DNA of 62,770 nucleotides, filler included, from Rhabdomonas costata (Eukaryota): NCBI GenBank assembly GCA_019059605.1. It is 36 parts of 36 records of this genome, joined end to end, with 100 filler letters (N's around TTAATTAATTAA, not from the genome) between each part and the next. Parts side by side here need not be neighbours in the genome. Positions count along the whole stretch, not along the records: positions 36,681 to 38,326 come from JAHMHO010011363.1; positions 38,427 to 40,070 come from JAHMHO010011364.1; positions 40,171 to 41,815 come from JAHMHO010011365.1; positions 41,916 to 43,564 come from JAHMHO010011366.1; positions 43,665 to 45,309 come from JAHMHO010011367.1; positions 45,410 to 47,055 come from JAHMHO010011368.1; positions 47,156 to 48,801 come from JAHMHO010011369.1; positions 48,902 to 50,547 come from JAHMHO010011370.1; 28 more parts are not named here. The stretch is one strand, 5' to 3'. The notes under the pieces were generated by a model. That model did not search any database. It was not told the DNA's origin and saw only the letters and a list, made by a program, of their open reading frames with translations. The translations under genes and the position numbers were made by a program. Below, one piece after another: positions 36,581 through 49,383 of this stretch. Numbering within the stretch: the first letter of the stretch is position 1; the number at the start of each line of letters is the position of its first letter.

Positions 36581-37784
36581 NNNNNNNNNNNNNNNNNNNN
36601 NNNNNNNNNNNNNNNNNNNNNNNNTTAATTAATTAANNNNNNNNNNNNNNNNNNNNNNNNNNNNNNNNNNNNNNNNNNNNGTTGTTGGGGGCGACACAGA
36701 AGCATGATATCCATCACACCATCTGACTTTGGTCTCAGTTACTCACTGCTGAGCGGTGCCCAACTGTTAGACAGGCTATCAAGCTTCTGTGTCGCCCTCA
36801 ACGAACCCGCGCAGAGATGGACCCAACGCGCTGAGACATAAGTGGACCATCAAGCACCTTACTAGTCAGAGCCGTTTTGTTGCCTCCAACGGGCATCAAC
36901 GGTACGCAGACGCACCAGGCGAAGAGTCACTAAGACAGCGCCGGATAGTGGAGATTTGGCGGAAGAGGGCAGGAAGAGGCCGCTATGCAACCACAGAGTG
37001 ATGTGCTGGCACGCCTGCAGATACCGTTGCACATATCGAAGGAAAAGCTGAAAGGGTCTCTTCAGCGAAAAAGCCCCAGCCCCCCCCCCCTGAAAAATAA
37101 GGAGTGCGGAGCCTCACACACGGGAAGCTGTTGGAAAAAAGTTGCTGCGGCGGCAAAGGCCTGCGACCCGTGCGGTAGGAGGGAGGGTTTCACGCGTGGC
37201 ACGTTTGGTGGTTAGCCGGCACCCCACTGCGTCGTGCGCTCGAAGGTGTACCTCTCGCGAGCACCCGTGACCAACAGCGCGTGCGCCCGTCAGTCCACAG
37301 CGGGCACCTGGACCTGTCCACATTAAATTTGATACCCCGTCCACTTGGCCGAGAAGAGCCCATCTGGCAAGGCACCCGTCAAGACATTTACGCCAGTCTC
37401 CCACTACAGGCCAAAGGTAATGCATAAACCTTGTATTTGCACGGCAAAGAACGGCTTCGCTTCTTCTCCCCTTATCCTGTCCGGTGATGTGCTAGTGGGT
37501 TGAGGGCCCCTCAGTGAAGTTGCCCAACTTCTTCCAGTGGTCCGTCCTGCAAACCCACTGCAGGTGTTGGTTTTGGATGAATGGAAAGCAACTCTTTTGC
37601 GATCATTCCGCAATGCAGTTCCCGAACTTCCATTCATTTTGTTGTCGTCCTCCTCCTTTTCCCCGTTATTTTTATGCACCCTGCGTGACACTGCAGTGTC
37701 GTGTATTCTTTCATTGGCCAATGCAAGCCATGTCCCACCACATTCCTCGCCCTACCCCTACCCCGGGGAGAAGTCTTCACCGAT

Positions 37785-38326
37785 ATGGCTTTTTCCGACC
37801 TTATTGCTCCCAAGCGCGCCGACATGCGCCCCCTCGTGGTGGTACGCAGCTTCGTTAGATTTGAACCTGTGAACTTTTCTCCCACTTGCTTCGAGAAATG
37901 GAACTTGACTATATTGAGGTTGCTGCACAAACGCGCCTGCGGTTTCCCTACTATCGCACCACGGTGCTGCTGGATCCCGATGTCCGGAATGAGGCGGGCA
38001 GAGCCGTGGCGCCAGAATTTGTCGAGATGGCGAATGGTGTCATGGCCATCGTGGCGCGAGACCGGACCATCGATGCGGCTGGGATCACTCCCTACCTCGC
38101 CCTGCTGCTGGCTCCCCCAGTTGAGGCCAGGCAGTTGACCCTGAAGGAGAGGGCAAACCGCGCTGATGCCTTGGGCCGATTGTTGCCCCTCCCCGCCCTC
38201 AACGCAATGCGGGTTCTCAACGTCACAGGCACCTTCGCAGAGGCCCTGTGGTTTCTGATGCGGCTAAACCCGGAAACCCCTGAGGACGTGGGCTGCCTTC
38301 TGCGGGACTACTTTTTGGCCCGCTGC
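37785..38326 (+). CDS. Coding region of unknown family with an apparent one-base frameshift near 37875 (or a short intron); 3' truncated
   Basis: MAFSDLIAPKRADMRPLVVVRSFVRFEPVNF continues as SHLLREMELDYIEVAAQ...DYFLARC if one T is added to the T4 run at 37875-37878. Confidence 0.5.
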
Positions 38327-38823
38327 NNNNNNNNNNNNNNNNNNNNNNNNNNNNNNNNNNNNNNNNNNNNTTAATTAATTAANNNNNNNNNNNNNNNNNN
38401 NNNNNNNNNNNNNNNNNNNNNNNNNNGTTTTTTGATATGCACTTTTTGAGCAAGCGGCGCGAGGGGTGGCGGAGGTCCTGTTGTCTGGAGAGCGGGCGGT
38501 GTACTCTCCGTCTTTTCATCACAACAACATACCAAACTAATCCAAAATAAAAGGCCTCCCTCCCCCGGATCCCCACAATCCACCGACTCTGAATGCGATG
38601 TTAAGCGATGAGCCCAAATATGGACGCGATACAAAAGTCCAGTCCAATCGTACAATGTACCCCCTCCCCTACCTAAAGAAGCCAATGCTGGCATCGGTCG
38701 AGGTGGATGTGCCTTTCGCTTGCGCCCTTTGATTCATCCAGGGTCTCCATAATGAGCACTTTTCCGATGCAGGGCTGGAAACAGAAGAAAGCTGAACGTT
38801 CCGAAAAAGGGTACGAGTCATAC

Positions 38824-39885
38824 GGGCGTTGAGGCATAGCGCGCGCTCGAGCTGTGCCAGCACAGGCGACGAGAGATCGTTGCCCGGAAGGAGGAGCTTG
38901 GTGCAGGTCGGGTTGACCTCCAGGACAGCCAGCAGGTCCTTCGCCCCCAAGTCACTGATCTGAGCGGAACCACAGAACATTACATTTGGATGTGCTACAA
39001 CGGCAAAAGGCAAATGGAAAACGAAACTATACAGCCCAGCCATGGGGCAGCGTTGATGGCGGGACAGCGCGTTTCTTTCTCCCGCCCTGAGGCGGAGGAC
39101 NNNNNNNNNNNNNNNNNNNGATTAAGATACGATGAGGAGGACGTGGGGGGGGGGCAGGAAAGAGATGAGCTGCGCTGTTCATGCTGCTGCTGTCATGTGC
39201 AACTTTGCTTCATTGTCAAAGTCCCCTTGCTCTCTTGTTTTTCACTTGCGCGCTTTAGCGAACTCGGGAGTAACTATCACCACAAAATATCGCTATGGAC
39301 ACCGGGATTTAACCCAGAATGCATTTTGTGACAAAACGCGAACTCTTTCTTGACTTAAGACAGGTTTTGGGAGAAAAAGCACTCCTCCTGGATCTAACCA
39401 TCCGTCTGGATAGTTACGTTTTCAAAGTAGTCAGAAATGCTTTGTTGACCCCAAACACCGGGGTAAAATGAGGCATTTCGACTGGGTTTTACGTCTTGGA
39501 GTTCCTTCCCTGTGAAGCCACAGCTGTTGTAAACCTAGGCAAGCGACGATTACTGATCATTTCCGGGGTGGTGAAATAATCGTGTCCACAGCGATGTGAG
39601 GGAGGAGCAGCGTTAGGATCTGGAAGTGGTCAGATCCGGAAGGGAGCACGCGCTATCACCCTTAACGCGGGACAGTCTTCACTTCCGTTCAGTACAGCTA
39701 CTGCAGTCACAGAGAGCTCCTGACAGCACTGGAAACAGAAGCAAGAACGAAAAACCACCATCCAGAGAAAAGCATTAAGTAGCACCTCATTGTCGGCGAG
39801 GTCCACCTCGGTCAAGGTGCGGTTCTTCGTGAGCAACGTCACCACGTGCTTGGCCTGGTGCGGCAGGATGCGATTCCCCCTTAGT
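38824..39885 (-). CDS. RNI-like leucine-rich repeat protein (two exons, partial)
   Basis: Exons 39885-39786 (LRGNRILPHQAKHVVTLLTKNRTLTEVDLADNE) and 38959-38824 (ISDLGAKDLLAVLEVNPTCTKLLLPGNDL...) give 28-residue LRRs. Confidence 0.85.
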
Positions 39886-41061
39886 CTGCACATGAAGTGT
39901 GGGTGAGCGAGTGAGTGAGTGAGTGAGTGAGTGAGTGAGTGAGTGAGTGAGTGAGTGAGTGAGTGAGTGTGTGTGTGTGTGTGTGCTGAGCGGATGTCGA
40001 GCAGGCTTTTGTGGAACTGCTCAGCACACACACACACACACACTCACTCACTCACTCACTCACCCAACCCNNNNNNNNNNNNNNNNNNNNNNNNNNNNNN
40101 NNNNNNNNNNNNNNTTAATTAATTAANNNNNNNNNNNNNNNNNNNNNNNNNNNNNNNNNNNNNNNNNNNNGGGTTTTTTGACTCTAGCCCTTTCCCACAC
40201 ATACTGCCCATTCAGAAAGTGCGTCCGTCCCCCGCGGAGGGCGTTGCGGCGATTCCGTGGCTGAAAAGCTCCCCCGCCACGGAGCCCAACCGCCACTCAA
40301 GGGCGGAGGAGCCAAAGCACAAAGGCTCGTATGTATATGTGGTATAAACGCAAACCCAACTCGACAACCTCACCTCAACTGACACCGCACTAATCAGCTG
40401 CTTCCACACGAGTGGTGCGCTGCCGACCTGCTCCTTATTTTCAGGCGGTGAGTCGAGAAAAGCTTGAAAAGAGCACTTGCATTCGCAGAATAAGCAGCTG
40501 CCACCTTAAGTATTCTGGCCCATTTGGTTGCTCGTACGTTGCTCTCGCGGCTTTGTGCTTTTGAGCAAACCCTCTGAAAAGCAATACACGGGCTTTACCG
40601 CTTCTTATTTTTGCGGAGCATGACCTCCCGGCACCTAACATCAGTTGGTGACCCGTGCGCATCCTCTCCGTTTGCGTGTCCCAGTACGTATATCCTCCCT
40701 CCTGGTAGATGGTTCCGACCGCATGCGTGCGTCCTTGAGAGTCGGGATTTCGCTTATGGCGCCCCCCCGTGAGAGTCCGGATTTTGGTTCGGGTAGGCCT
40801 TCCTCCCCACCACCACCCTTGCCGACCCTCCACTGTCAGTCCGTTTATGTGAGCGGTCGTCTTTTCCTTCGTCCTTCGTCCTTCCTCCTGTGCCGTCGTG
40901 GCCGTACCAATCAAAAATACTATAAAATATATAGCACTCCCTTTATTGCTCATGTTGACACTTTATGATGTTCTGGACCTCCGCAGTGACGAAGCAAAGC
41001 TCCGCGAGTGGTTAAGAGGTTTTCTTTTTGAGGGGCTATATAAAGGAGTTCCAGTGAAGAG

Positions 41062-41213
41062 CAAACTTGCATGGCAAGGACTCCTTTCTTTCGTTGATGG
41101 AGCACATTCGTGATGGACATTTGCACTCATGGTATCTTTAAATTGATCTCTCGTGGTGTTAGGAAGCGAGCACGTGTCCCCCAAAACAATGGTACACTAC
41201 TAAAGGTATGCCA
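41062..41213. mobile_element. Second, more decayed copy of the MITE-like family at 8875-9066 (one internal unit)
   Basis: Shares TGATGGAGCACATTCG, ATGGTATC..TTGATCTC, GTTAGGAAGCGA.CACGTGTCCCC and the right end GGTACACTACTAAAGGTATGCCA. Confidence 0.75.
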
Positions 41214-42783
41214 AAGGGAGGGAAGGGTTGGGAAGGGGAAGAAGGGGGGTAATGGTCCGACTTAGGCACCAACTCACTTGGAACTTAGGTGCCAATTCAC
41301 TTGGAGCTTGGGACTGAACCCGATGTGAATTTTTTATGCAAAATGAAACTTTTTGAAGAAAAAATCGAATTTATGAAAATCTATTCCTTCTTGGCGTGGC
41401 ATCTCATATGCCGCACATGATGCTTTCTGCTCCACGCCCTTGTGTTTCTCAGTGCGAGCAGGCTGGGGTCCGGTATACTTGGAAGGGTTAAGGGAGCTAA
41501 ACGATAGAACGGTGTTATATGATATAAAGTTGTTATACGATACGACAAAGGACGAAACCAAACCACGGGGGCCCGGCCTACATAGACACTAGTGTGCATG
41601 CTTCGGTTTGACGTGTACCGTCACGTAGTGTTGAAATCTACCCCCAGGCAACGTCCCTGCCTCAGCGTCCCGCTTCAGCCGCGGGGGCCGCTGGCTTCCT
41701 CGGCCCGCCGCCCGTAAACTAATCCGTTGGGTAAAGCCCGCTAGGAATGAGTTCCTACCACCAATACTGACCAGCGTGAAAAACAACAGCAAGACAAAAA
41801 TCGTTTTTTCGAATANNNNNNNNNNNNNNNNNNNNNNNNNNNNNNNNNNNNNNNNNNNNTTAATTAATTAANNNNNNNNNNNNNNNNNNNNNNNNNNNNN
41901 NNNNNNNNNNNNNNNTGATTCCCGCGCAGGTGCCTCTGTATTTCCTCCGGCGGCTGCCTCCTTCTTTTTGGCTCTCGCCTGTCTTCCTGTTGCTTTCCTG
42001 CTCTGACTGCTGCGACTCCGATGGTGTTTCAATTGGGCGGCGGCACGGAACTTACCGATATGCCATGCCCGCACTCTTACTCCGTCTTTGCGTGGAGGTA
42101 ATAGGTGTGTGTGTGTGTGTGTGTGTGTGTTGGGCTCAGAGCGCGCTGGCTGTTGCTTGGTTGACCGTTGGTGACCACTGGACTGGCATGCGCTGTTGGC
42201 CACACGGGTGCTCGCAAGAGGTACCAATGGAGCGAACGACGCCGCGGGATACCGGCTCACCGCCTAACGTTCCACATGTCTTCGTGTGTGCGCGTGCGTT
42301 TGTGACTTCTTTGCCACACCCTATCACCAATCCTTGCAGTAGTGCAACTATCCAACAGCATTTACAAAGGTTCAGAGGTCAACAAGCGGCAGGGAATGAC
42401 ACAAGCATCTTCTCTTTTCCAGTATTCCAACATGGCGGCACGCGTCCCCTGGGATTTCTGGGGGATGGAAGACGAAAAAGGGCGATTTTTTGTGATGAAC
42501 GGGCTCCTTAAGCTACCTAAGCTACTTAAGGTAAGCGACTGTGCACTGTTGCCGGCTGGGCCCCAGACAAACTAAGGAGCCCCCGTCTGCATCCCTATGC
42601 AGCGCAATGGGCCCATAGGCGGACTCACCACCGGAGGAAAAATCTATGGGCAACGCCTAAACCGAACAATGGACACGCACATTGGAATCGCCTGCGCACG
42701 TCAACCCCCCCCCTCCCACACATGCACACCCACACACGCACATGCAAAGGTGGCCTGCTGCACAGCACCCCACCCAAACGAAC

Positions 42784-42952
42784 CTCAGAGATCTCCCCCT
42801 CCGTCCGGAGGTAAGACAGGCTCAGCTCCTCAGCCGCGCTACGCTGAAAGGCTTCCTCCGCAAGCAGCTCATGCAGGGCCTCACGCGCTACTACGGAGCT
42901 GCGTGCGGCTGCCAGTGAAGACCGGGCGGTGCTCTGAAGTTGCGCTGCCTCA
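42784..42952 (-). CDS. Exon of a coiled-coil-like protein
   Basis: AG/GT-bounded frame EAAQLQSTARSSLAAARSSVVAREALHELLAEEAFQRSAAEELSLSYLRTEGEISE. Confidence 0.55.
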
Positions 42953-43664
42953 CTGCACAAGGCCACCCCCAATGCACAAAGCCTGGCACGAATCGATAGG
43001 GATACGTCTTCCACAAATGTACCAAGGGGCAAACAGAAAAAGTCAGAAGCAGAGAACCCACCACGACTAGAGAGTAGGGAGCTCGCAAAGTCCAAAAATC
43101 TTCTTTGTTTATTTTCCAAGCAAATTAGTCAGCAAAACAAAGGCAATTGCTCGGAGTGGGAGCAACGGGGGGCAAAATAGCAAACGAAGGCGGGCACGAC
43201 ATCATTGTTGATGTGTGCCGACTTCTTTAGCAAATCTCTCCGTGGTCTCTTTTCTTCTACGCTTGGGACGAGCTGAGGATGTGCTCCGAATCTGCGGGCA
43301 GGCGTGTAGCCCACGTTGATAGGAAGGGTGCTCACCTCTTACCCCTCACAAATGTGAGTGAGTAAGAGGGTGGATGAGTGAGTGAGTGAGTGAGTGAGTG
43401 AGCGAGTGTGCTAAGAGGGTATAAAGGGGTTGATAAAGGCAAAAAAGAAGAATCCTGGGGAATCTAACCGTTTCCGGGCAAGGGCTTCTCACCGAATTTC
43501 GGGAACACATTGGGGCATGTGGGAAAGATACCATCTCCTTCCTGTCCCACCTTCCGTTCACTACNNNNNNNNNNNNNNNNNNNNNNNNNNNNNNNNNNNN
43601 NNNNNNNNTTAATTAATTAANNNNNNNNNNNNNNNNNNNNNNNNNNNNNNNNNNNNNNNNNNNN

Positions 43665-44032
43665 TGTTTTTTGGGTCAAATCCGGTAGTTTTGTTGGGAT
43701 GTGTTTTGGTCTAGCAAAAGGGGGTTTCCAATCAGATTCCTTTAGTTTTGGTCGAATGCGGTAGTAGATTTTAAAACAAGCCGGCAGGGTCAAGTGACCA
43801 AAAGGTCCGCGGGGGAAAAGCGGAACCAAAGGAAACCAAATGCAGGAAGAAAAGCACGAAAAATACAACGTGTATTGGGCAGGGAAAAGAAAGTACCAAT
43901 GGTCAATGGGAATGGCAGGAAATGTCATTTGACTAAAAAGGGAATTTCGTCAGGGGGAAAACGTGGGTGAAAGTACGTGTTGTGGAAATACGTGTTTCCG
44001 GGCTAGGAGTGATCCTTAGCCTGGGGAGAAGA
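43665..44032. mobile_element. Dispersed non-coding repeat family, copy 1 (at least 365 bp, runs off contig start)
   Basis: Aligns end to end with 47376-47744 on another contig. Similarity stops sharply after GGGGAGAAGA. Confidence 0.85.
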
Positions 44033-45614
44033 ATCGGTTGCCATCCTTTGCTGTGTAAATATTGTCTGCCCTCCTGTGCTGTTTACTTTATCGGTCTTCC
44101 ACCGCGTGTGCCGTTGCACCGTTCGGCGCTTTGGGTTGCAGGGTTTTGTAAACCCACCCAGTCCGCGAATGGCCCGCCATGGCTCTGAACCCATTTGCGC
44201 CATTTCTTTCACAAAAAACTGGGTTCTTCCTTCAACCCCTCCCGGTTATTTTGCCCAATCTTCTGACAGTTTTCATCCAGAAAACTTCCAAGACGTGCCC
44301 GGTCTGACCTGGCTTTTGTGGGTCGAATCCTGCTTCTGCTTGGGTTGTTTGGTGCGTTCGGCCGCGTCGGTTTTTAAAATTTGCCTGCATGATCCTGCTT
44401 TGCCCTTTGTGGGAAGAAAGCCAGTTTGCTGGAGGAGGGTTGCCTGCAAAAAATCGGGGTGATCAGCGTGTTGAGAAAAATAAACCACATCAGAAACAAA
44501 AAGGGCAGAAGTTTCGGGCGAAGAAAGACACAGAACACAGAGCAAGCGAACATAAAAAGAAATAGCGGCCCATACAAGAAACCAAAGCTACGCGCGCCAA
44601 GGTATGGGCGACGAATTCCGCCCTGTCGATATGTGAGCAACGAAAAACCGGTCAGCGCGAACCGCGAACCAGTGGCATACTGTGTCTCCAAGTCCAATGG
44701 ACCTGCTGGATTTGAACGAATTGACGAATCCGTATCCTTTTCTCAAAGCCTCGCATTTGCCAAGCAAATGCTTCGATCACCGCTTAATCAAGCGGTTCAT
44801 TGGGGTCCACGGCGTGCAAAGAAAGCCATCACCCAGAACACTCGCATCGGACAGTGCAACGTACGTACATTCGATTGTGCAGCTCTCTGTGCAGCACATG
44901 AGCTGAACACAGTCCTTGCCTCTCAACGCGCACAGCAGGGCTCGCTTCATCAGTTGCAGCCTTGAGCCCCTGAAGAAGGGACACCCAGCAATTTGAGTCC
45001 TTGCGTACGTGTCCTCCTCACAACCTCCTACATACACAAGAGACAGAACGAAATATACGTGGCAGAAAGTCTAAGAACGTATCAGAAGCCCTTTAGTTGG
45101 CTTTGGGCGATTTTGAGCCATCAGTTCGACCGTTTGGTTTCGGTGGCGCAAAAAAAAGGCCCAGCGTGAAACGGCGCATCCACTGATTCCATTCTGATTC
45201 CATTCTAGCTGCAATCACGTGACTTGCTCGGGATCAAGGGACGGGTATGTCAAGGTAAGGCTACAAAGAAAGACGTGCACAAAAAACATACAAAACTCAA
45301 AATCGAGACNNNNNNNNNNNNNNNNNNNNNNNNNNNNNNNNNNNNNNNNNNNNTTAATTAATTAANNNNNNNNNNNNNNNNNNNNNNNNNNNNNNNNNNN
45401 NNNNNNNNNGTGTTTTGTGCCTACTTTCTCCAGAGCAGAAGGGCACACCCAGTATTTCGCTGAGTACAGGCAGCGAGTTTTTTCATCTAGTCCAAGCGTG
45501 AACAAAAATGAAACGAAAACTACTCATTACCCGTGCCTCCACTCGCGGTGTTCCGCTGTGATCTGGTGGAGTAACAGAGTACAAGGGTGTGGGCGGGTGC
45601 GAAGCGGGCCATAC

Positions 45615-47040
45615 GTCGTCGTACTGGTACGAGCGAGTGTGGATGTTCTTGATACGGTTAATGTACGTCAGCAGCTGCACGAAGAACCGGATCGCGTCGG
45701 CGTACCGCCGCACCATCATGTACACAAACCCAGTGTAGTAGTAGAGCGTCATCTGGCAGGCCACCACCTTGCTAAACAGTTGGACCTGGGTGAGGTGAAT
45801 ATACCTCATCCACCCACAACAAAATACACGAATGAGGCGGTGAGAACCACATCTGAGGAAGGCCACAGATTTGTCAAGCGATTTTAAAAAGAAGGGAAGC
45901 TTGCCTGTCACCAACATCTATGCAGCCAGGGCACGTTCCAACCAATATTTATTTTGCCAGACCAGCAACTCGCAAAAGTCCCCCAAGGCCCGAGGCCTCT
46001 TGGCCTCCAAAGGGCCCTCCGAGCCTATGTAAAGACAAAAAAGCCGTTAGTGCAGCACAAGAGCATTCAGCCCATTTCGGTAACCGCATGAAGCGCTTAG
46101 GCTCAGTAGGGCACCCCAGGAGCTTGAAAAAGCAGTAAAGTCCAGAAAGGCCCAGATTGGACCCTTCAAGAAGCCATAAATGGGCGTAGCGATGCAGCCA
46201 GAGATCAGGAGCACCACAATTCCAAACGGCCAGTCCAGCTCATGTTCAGCTGCTCGTCCTCCGTCCGCCTCCGCCTCCGCCTCCGCCTCCGCCTCCGCCT
46301 CCGCCTCCGCCTCCGGTACCAAGGGGCCATGTCGGAAGTTCCCAGTGAGAAGGCAGGGCCGGCACTTTTATGCAAAAACTTTTGGCCCCATTTTTTTTTT
46401 TTGCAAATTTTTGCACTGCAATAGGGTGAATGTGAATGATACCCTCAAAACAGCAAAAACAAGAATTCACGTACACACCCGAGAGACGAAGTCAATGCTA
46501 TCGATGCTGCGCAAGGCGGTGTAGTAGTCTCCCAGCAGGGTGTGCACGCGCAGCAGCCCAATCATGGAGTAGTATCCGAGCATCCGAACAAAGTGCGTTG
46601 GGCTGGACACCTCCAGCACCTCCAGAGCTCTAAACGTCAGAAAATCCATAAGTTCCAAACAAGGTCGTACCAATGGTCAACGTTTTACCAAAATTGTGAG
46701 GTTATTGAGGTTCTTGTCCATCTGTCTGAAGTTGCGGATGTTATGCATGGCCTCAGCTAGTCCGTCCCCACTCCCTTCCTGGTGATAGCGTTCGCTGTCG
46801 ACTTTTAGACGAAAGCGAATGCTATCAATGATGTTCCAAACTTGTTGCAAAAAACATTTCCCTTCTTGATAATGAGGATTGTTGTCACTGTCGTTTATTT
46901 TCGTCACTATCGTCTTTCAATTTTGACAGCACTCAGGAGGACACACACCCAGTGCGCTTCTCCTTCTCCAGGAACTTCACGATCTCAGACTTCGCCACAA
47001 GCCCGTTCAGGGTCTGAATGACGTACACTGGGCTCCAGAT
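45615..47040 (-). CDS. EIF3L: Eukaryotic translation initiation factor 3 subunit L (three internal exons)
   Basis: Exons 47040-46949 (IWSPVYVIQTLNGLVAKSEI...), 46629-46479 (RMLGYYSMIGLLRVHTLLGDYYTAL) and 45785-45615 (CQMTLYYYTGFVYMMVRRYADAIRFF) splice in frame and match eIF3L motifs. Confidence 0.95.
46264..46314. repeat. (GCCTCC)n microsatellite inside an eIF3L intron
   Basis: Read directly from the sequence. Confidence 0.95.
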
Positions 47041-47375
47041 CTGTGAAAAAAAAAANNNNNNNNNNNNNNNNNNNNNNNNNNNNNNNNNNNNNNNNNNNNT
47101 TAATTAATTAANNNNNNNNNNNNNNNNNNNNNNNNNNNNNNNNNNNNNNNNNNNNGGTTTGTGGTTTACTTTTAACGCTTTAGTTTAAAGTCCTCTCTTT
47201 CTCAATACCAAAACAAAAGCGTTAAAAGTAAACCGAAAAAACAGGTTCCACTCCACTTCGGAATTAGGAAAATACGGGAATTGAAGGAAGGGAGAAGAGT
47301 GTGTAAAAACTTGGAAATGAAAAGCAAAGGTGCATGAGAAGAATGGTGGATATTTACAACAATTCATTGGACTAA

Positions 47376-47744
47376 GTTTTCGGGTCAAATCCGGTAGTTT
47401 TGTGGGGGGTGTTGGGAGTTTTGGTCTAGCAAATGGGGGTTTCCAATTAGATTCCTTTAGTTTTGGTCTAATGCGGTAGCAAATTTCAAAACAAGGCAGT
47501 AGAGCCAAGTGACCAAAAGGTCCGCGGTGGACAAGCGGTACCAAAGGAAACCAAATGCAGGAAGAAAAGCACGAGAAAGGCAACGGTTTTGGGCATGGAA
47601 AAGAAAGTAGCAATGGTCAATGGGAATGACCAGAAAGGTCATTTGGCCAAAAGGGAATTTTTTTAGGGGGAAAACGTGGGTGAAAGTATGTGTTGTGGGA
47701 GTATGTGTTTCCGGGCAAGGAGTGATCCTTGGCCGGGGAGAAGA
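47376..47744. mobile_element. Dispersed non-coding repeat family, copy 2 (may extend left to the contig start at 47156)
   Basis: Homologous to 43665-44032 with scattered substitutions and small indels. Confidence 0.85.
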
Positions 47745-49383
47745 CGCGGTTTCTGACATTATGGGGACCGTTACAAATATGTAGAAGTGAACAAAGAAGC
47801 GATGATGTGTCATGTGATCTCAAAAGTTGTTGTTACCGCGGAGAATAGCCGATGCACTGAAATCGTCTGGATTCTTGTGTTAGGTTTTTGAAAGGCGTGA
47901 AGAGGCAAAAAACCTCATAGGCAGAACTTTGTCCAGAATTGATAGGATCGGCCATCCGAGGTCCAACATTTTATAACATTATTATTTCTTTAATATTATG
48001 TTAATGTTCGACATTAACTACGATAGCGGCCGTTAAACGCAAGCTTGTAAGGCGGAAAAATTCCGAGTGAAAAATCCACTGCGTGAATCACAAGCGCTGC
48101 AGAATAATATCACGCCGTCGCAGAAGACTTTGCTGCGGACACCAAAAAAAATGCTCTCATTTTTACGCGCTTGCATTTTGCATGGGGTTACGTTTCACGT
48201 GGTTGTAAAAAGAGGCTTGTGCTGTATGAAGAGCAAAAAAAAAGACGAAACAGTGACTTTGATTTCCACCCATAAAACACGCACTAAGCCGCCAGCTGAT
48301 AAAAAAAACAATTTACGTAATAGCCGTCCACGGATCGGGTGGACACGCCAGGGTTTTTCAGGAATAGCCGACCCCCTATCCACTTCCAAAACGATTATCG
48401 TGAAGTTTGCGGATGTTCCCCTGAGCTTGGAGAAGCCCCTCCGGCAGAGAACCGTGGCAGACCTCGCTGTTGCGGGCTCTACTGCAGCGGCACAGTCCAC
48501 CACAGGGATGGAAGTGGCGGGTTTGAGCAGTTGCCGTATACGTGCCAAAGGGTCTCAGGAACAGACGGCAAAAAACGCAGTGAAAAGACCTGGACAGAAT
48601 TATTTCGGCGGGACAACAACAGTTCCGAACTCCTCGCTCCTCTGATGGATTCCAGAACAAAGCAAACCTCGAAAAAAAAACCAGGAGCAAGCGCAACTGG
48701 GCCTTGAAGGCAAGCGTACCCGGATAGTCAGTTCCATATGCGGGAAAAAACGCGTCCACCTCTCCAAGCAGGTGGAGCATAAATTATGACTCACAACCAA
48801 CNNNNNNNNNNNNNNNNNNNNNNNNNNNNNNNNNNNNNNNNNNNNTTAATTAATTAANNNNNNNNNNNNNNNNNNNNNNNNNNNNNNNNNNNNNNNNNNN
48901 NGTTTTTGTGGTGTTCCAGGTATGACGGGCGAGAATAGTGAGTGGGGTTGAGGGGTTTTTTGCACCTGTTGCTGCGTGTGCAGTTGCTCCCCTCCCGATG
49001 AAAGTGTGTGTGTGGGGGGAGAGTCTTCCTGGTTGGGGCGTGTTTGAACATGATATGGATTCGAGCTCGGTGCTTGACAGTATCCGTACCAGTGTTCTCC
49101 CTTCACACCCAGCTCTCTCTGTGTCACCCTGGCCAAGTGCACAGTGTGTTGTTGTGATTTTGTGTGGTCTTTTCCCCGCGGAAAGGATTAGAACAAAGAG
49201 TGTGTGTGTTCGCACAGCTGGAACCGAACGTTTGCATTCTTGCGGCCGGTTGTCGGGTTGATGGCGGTTTTTGTCTTGTGAGAAATTCTTCTTCTAGCCA
49301 CCCCAAAAGAGCGTTACAAGTATTTTTTTTGTGATTCTGCTCGAGTGCAAATGCAACAATCCGAGGAAAACGTGTCTTGGTAG

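Noticed and set aside
46047-46524. ORFs with poly-EA, poly-SA, poly-LR and poly-G tracts
   Set aside because: They are translations of the intronic (GCCTCC)n microsatellite.
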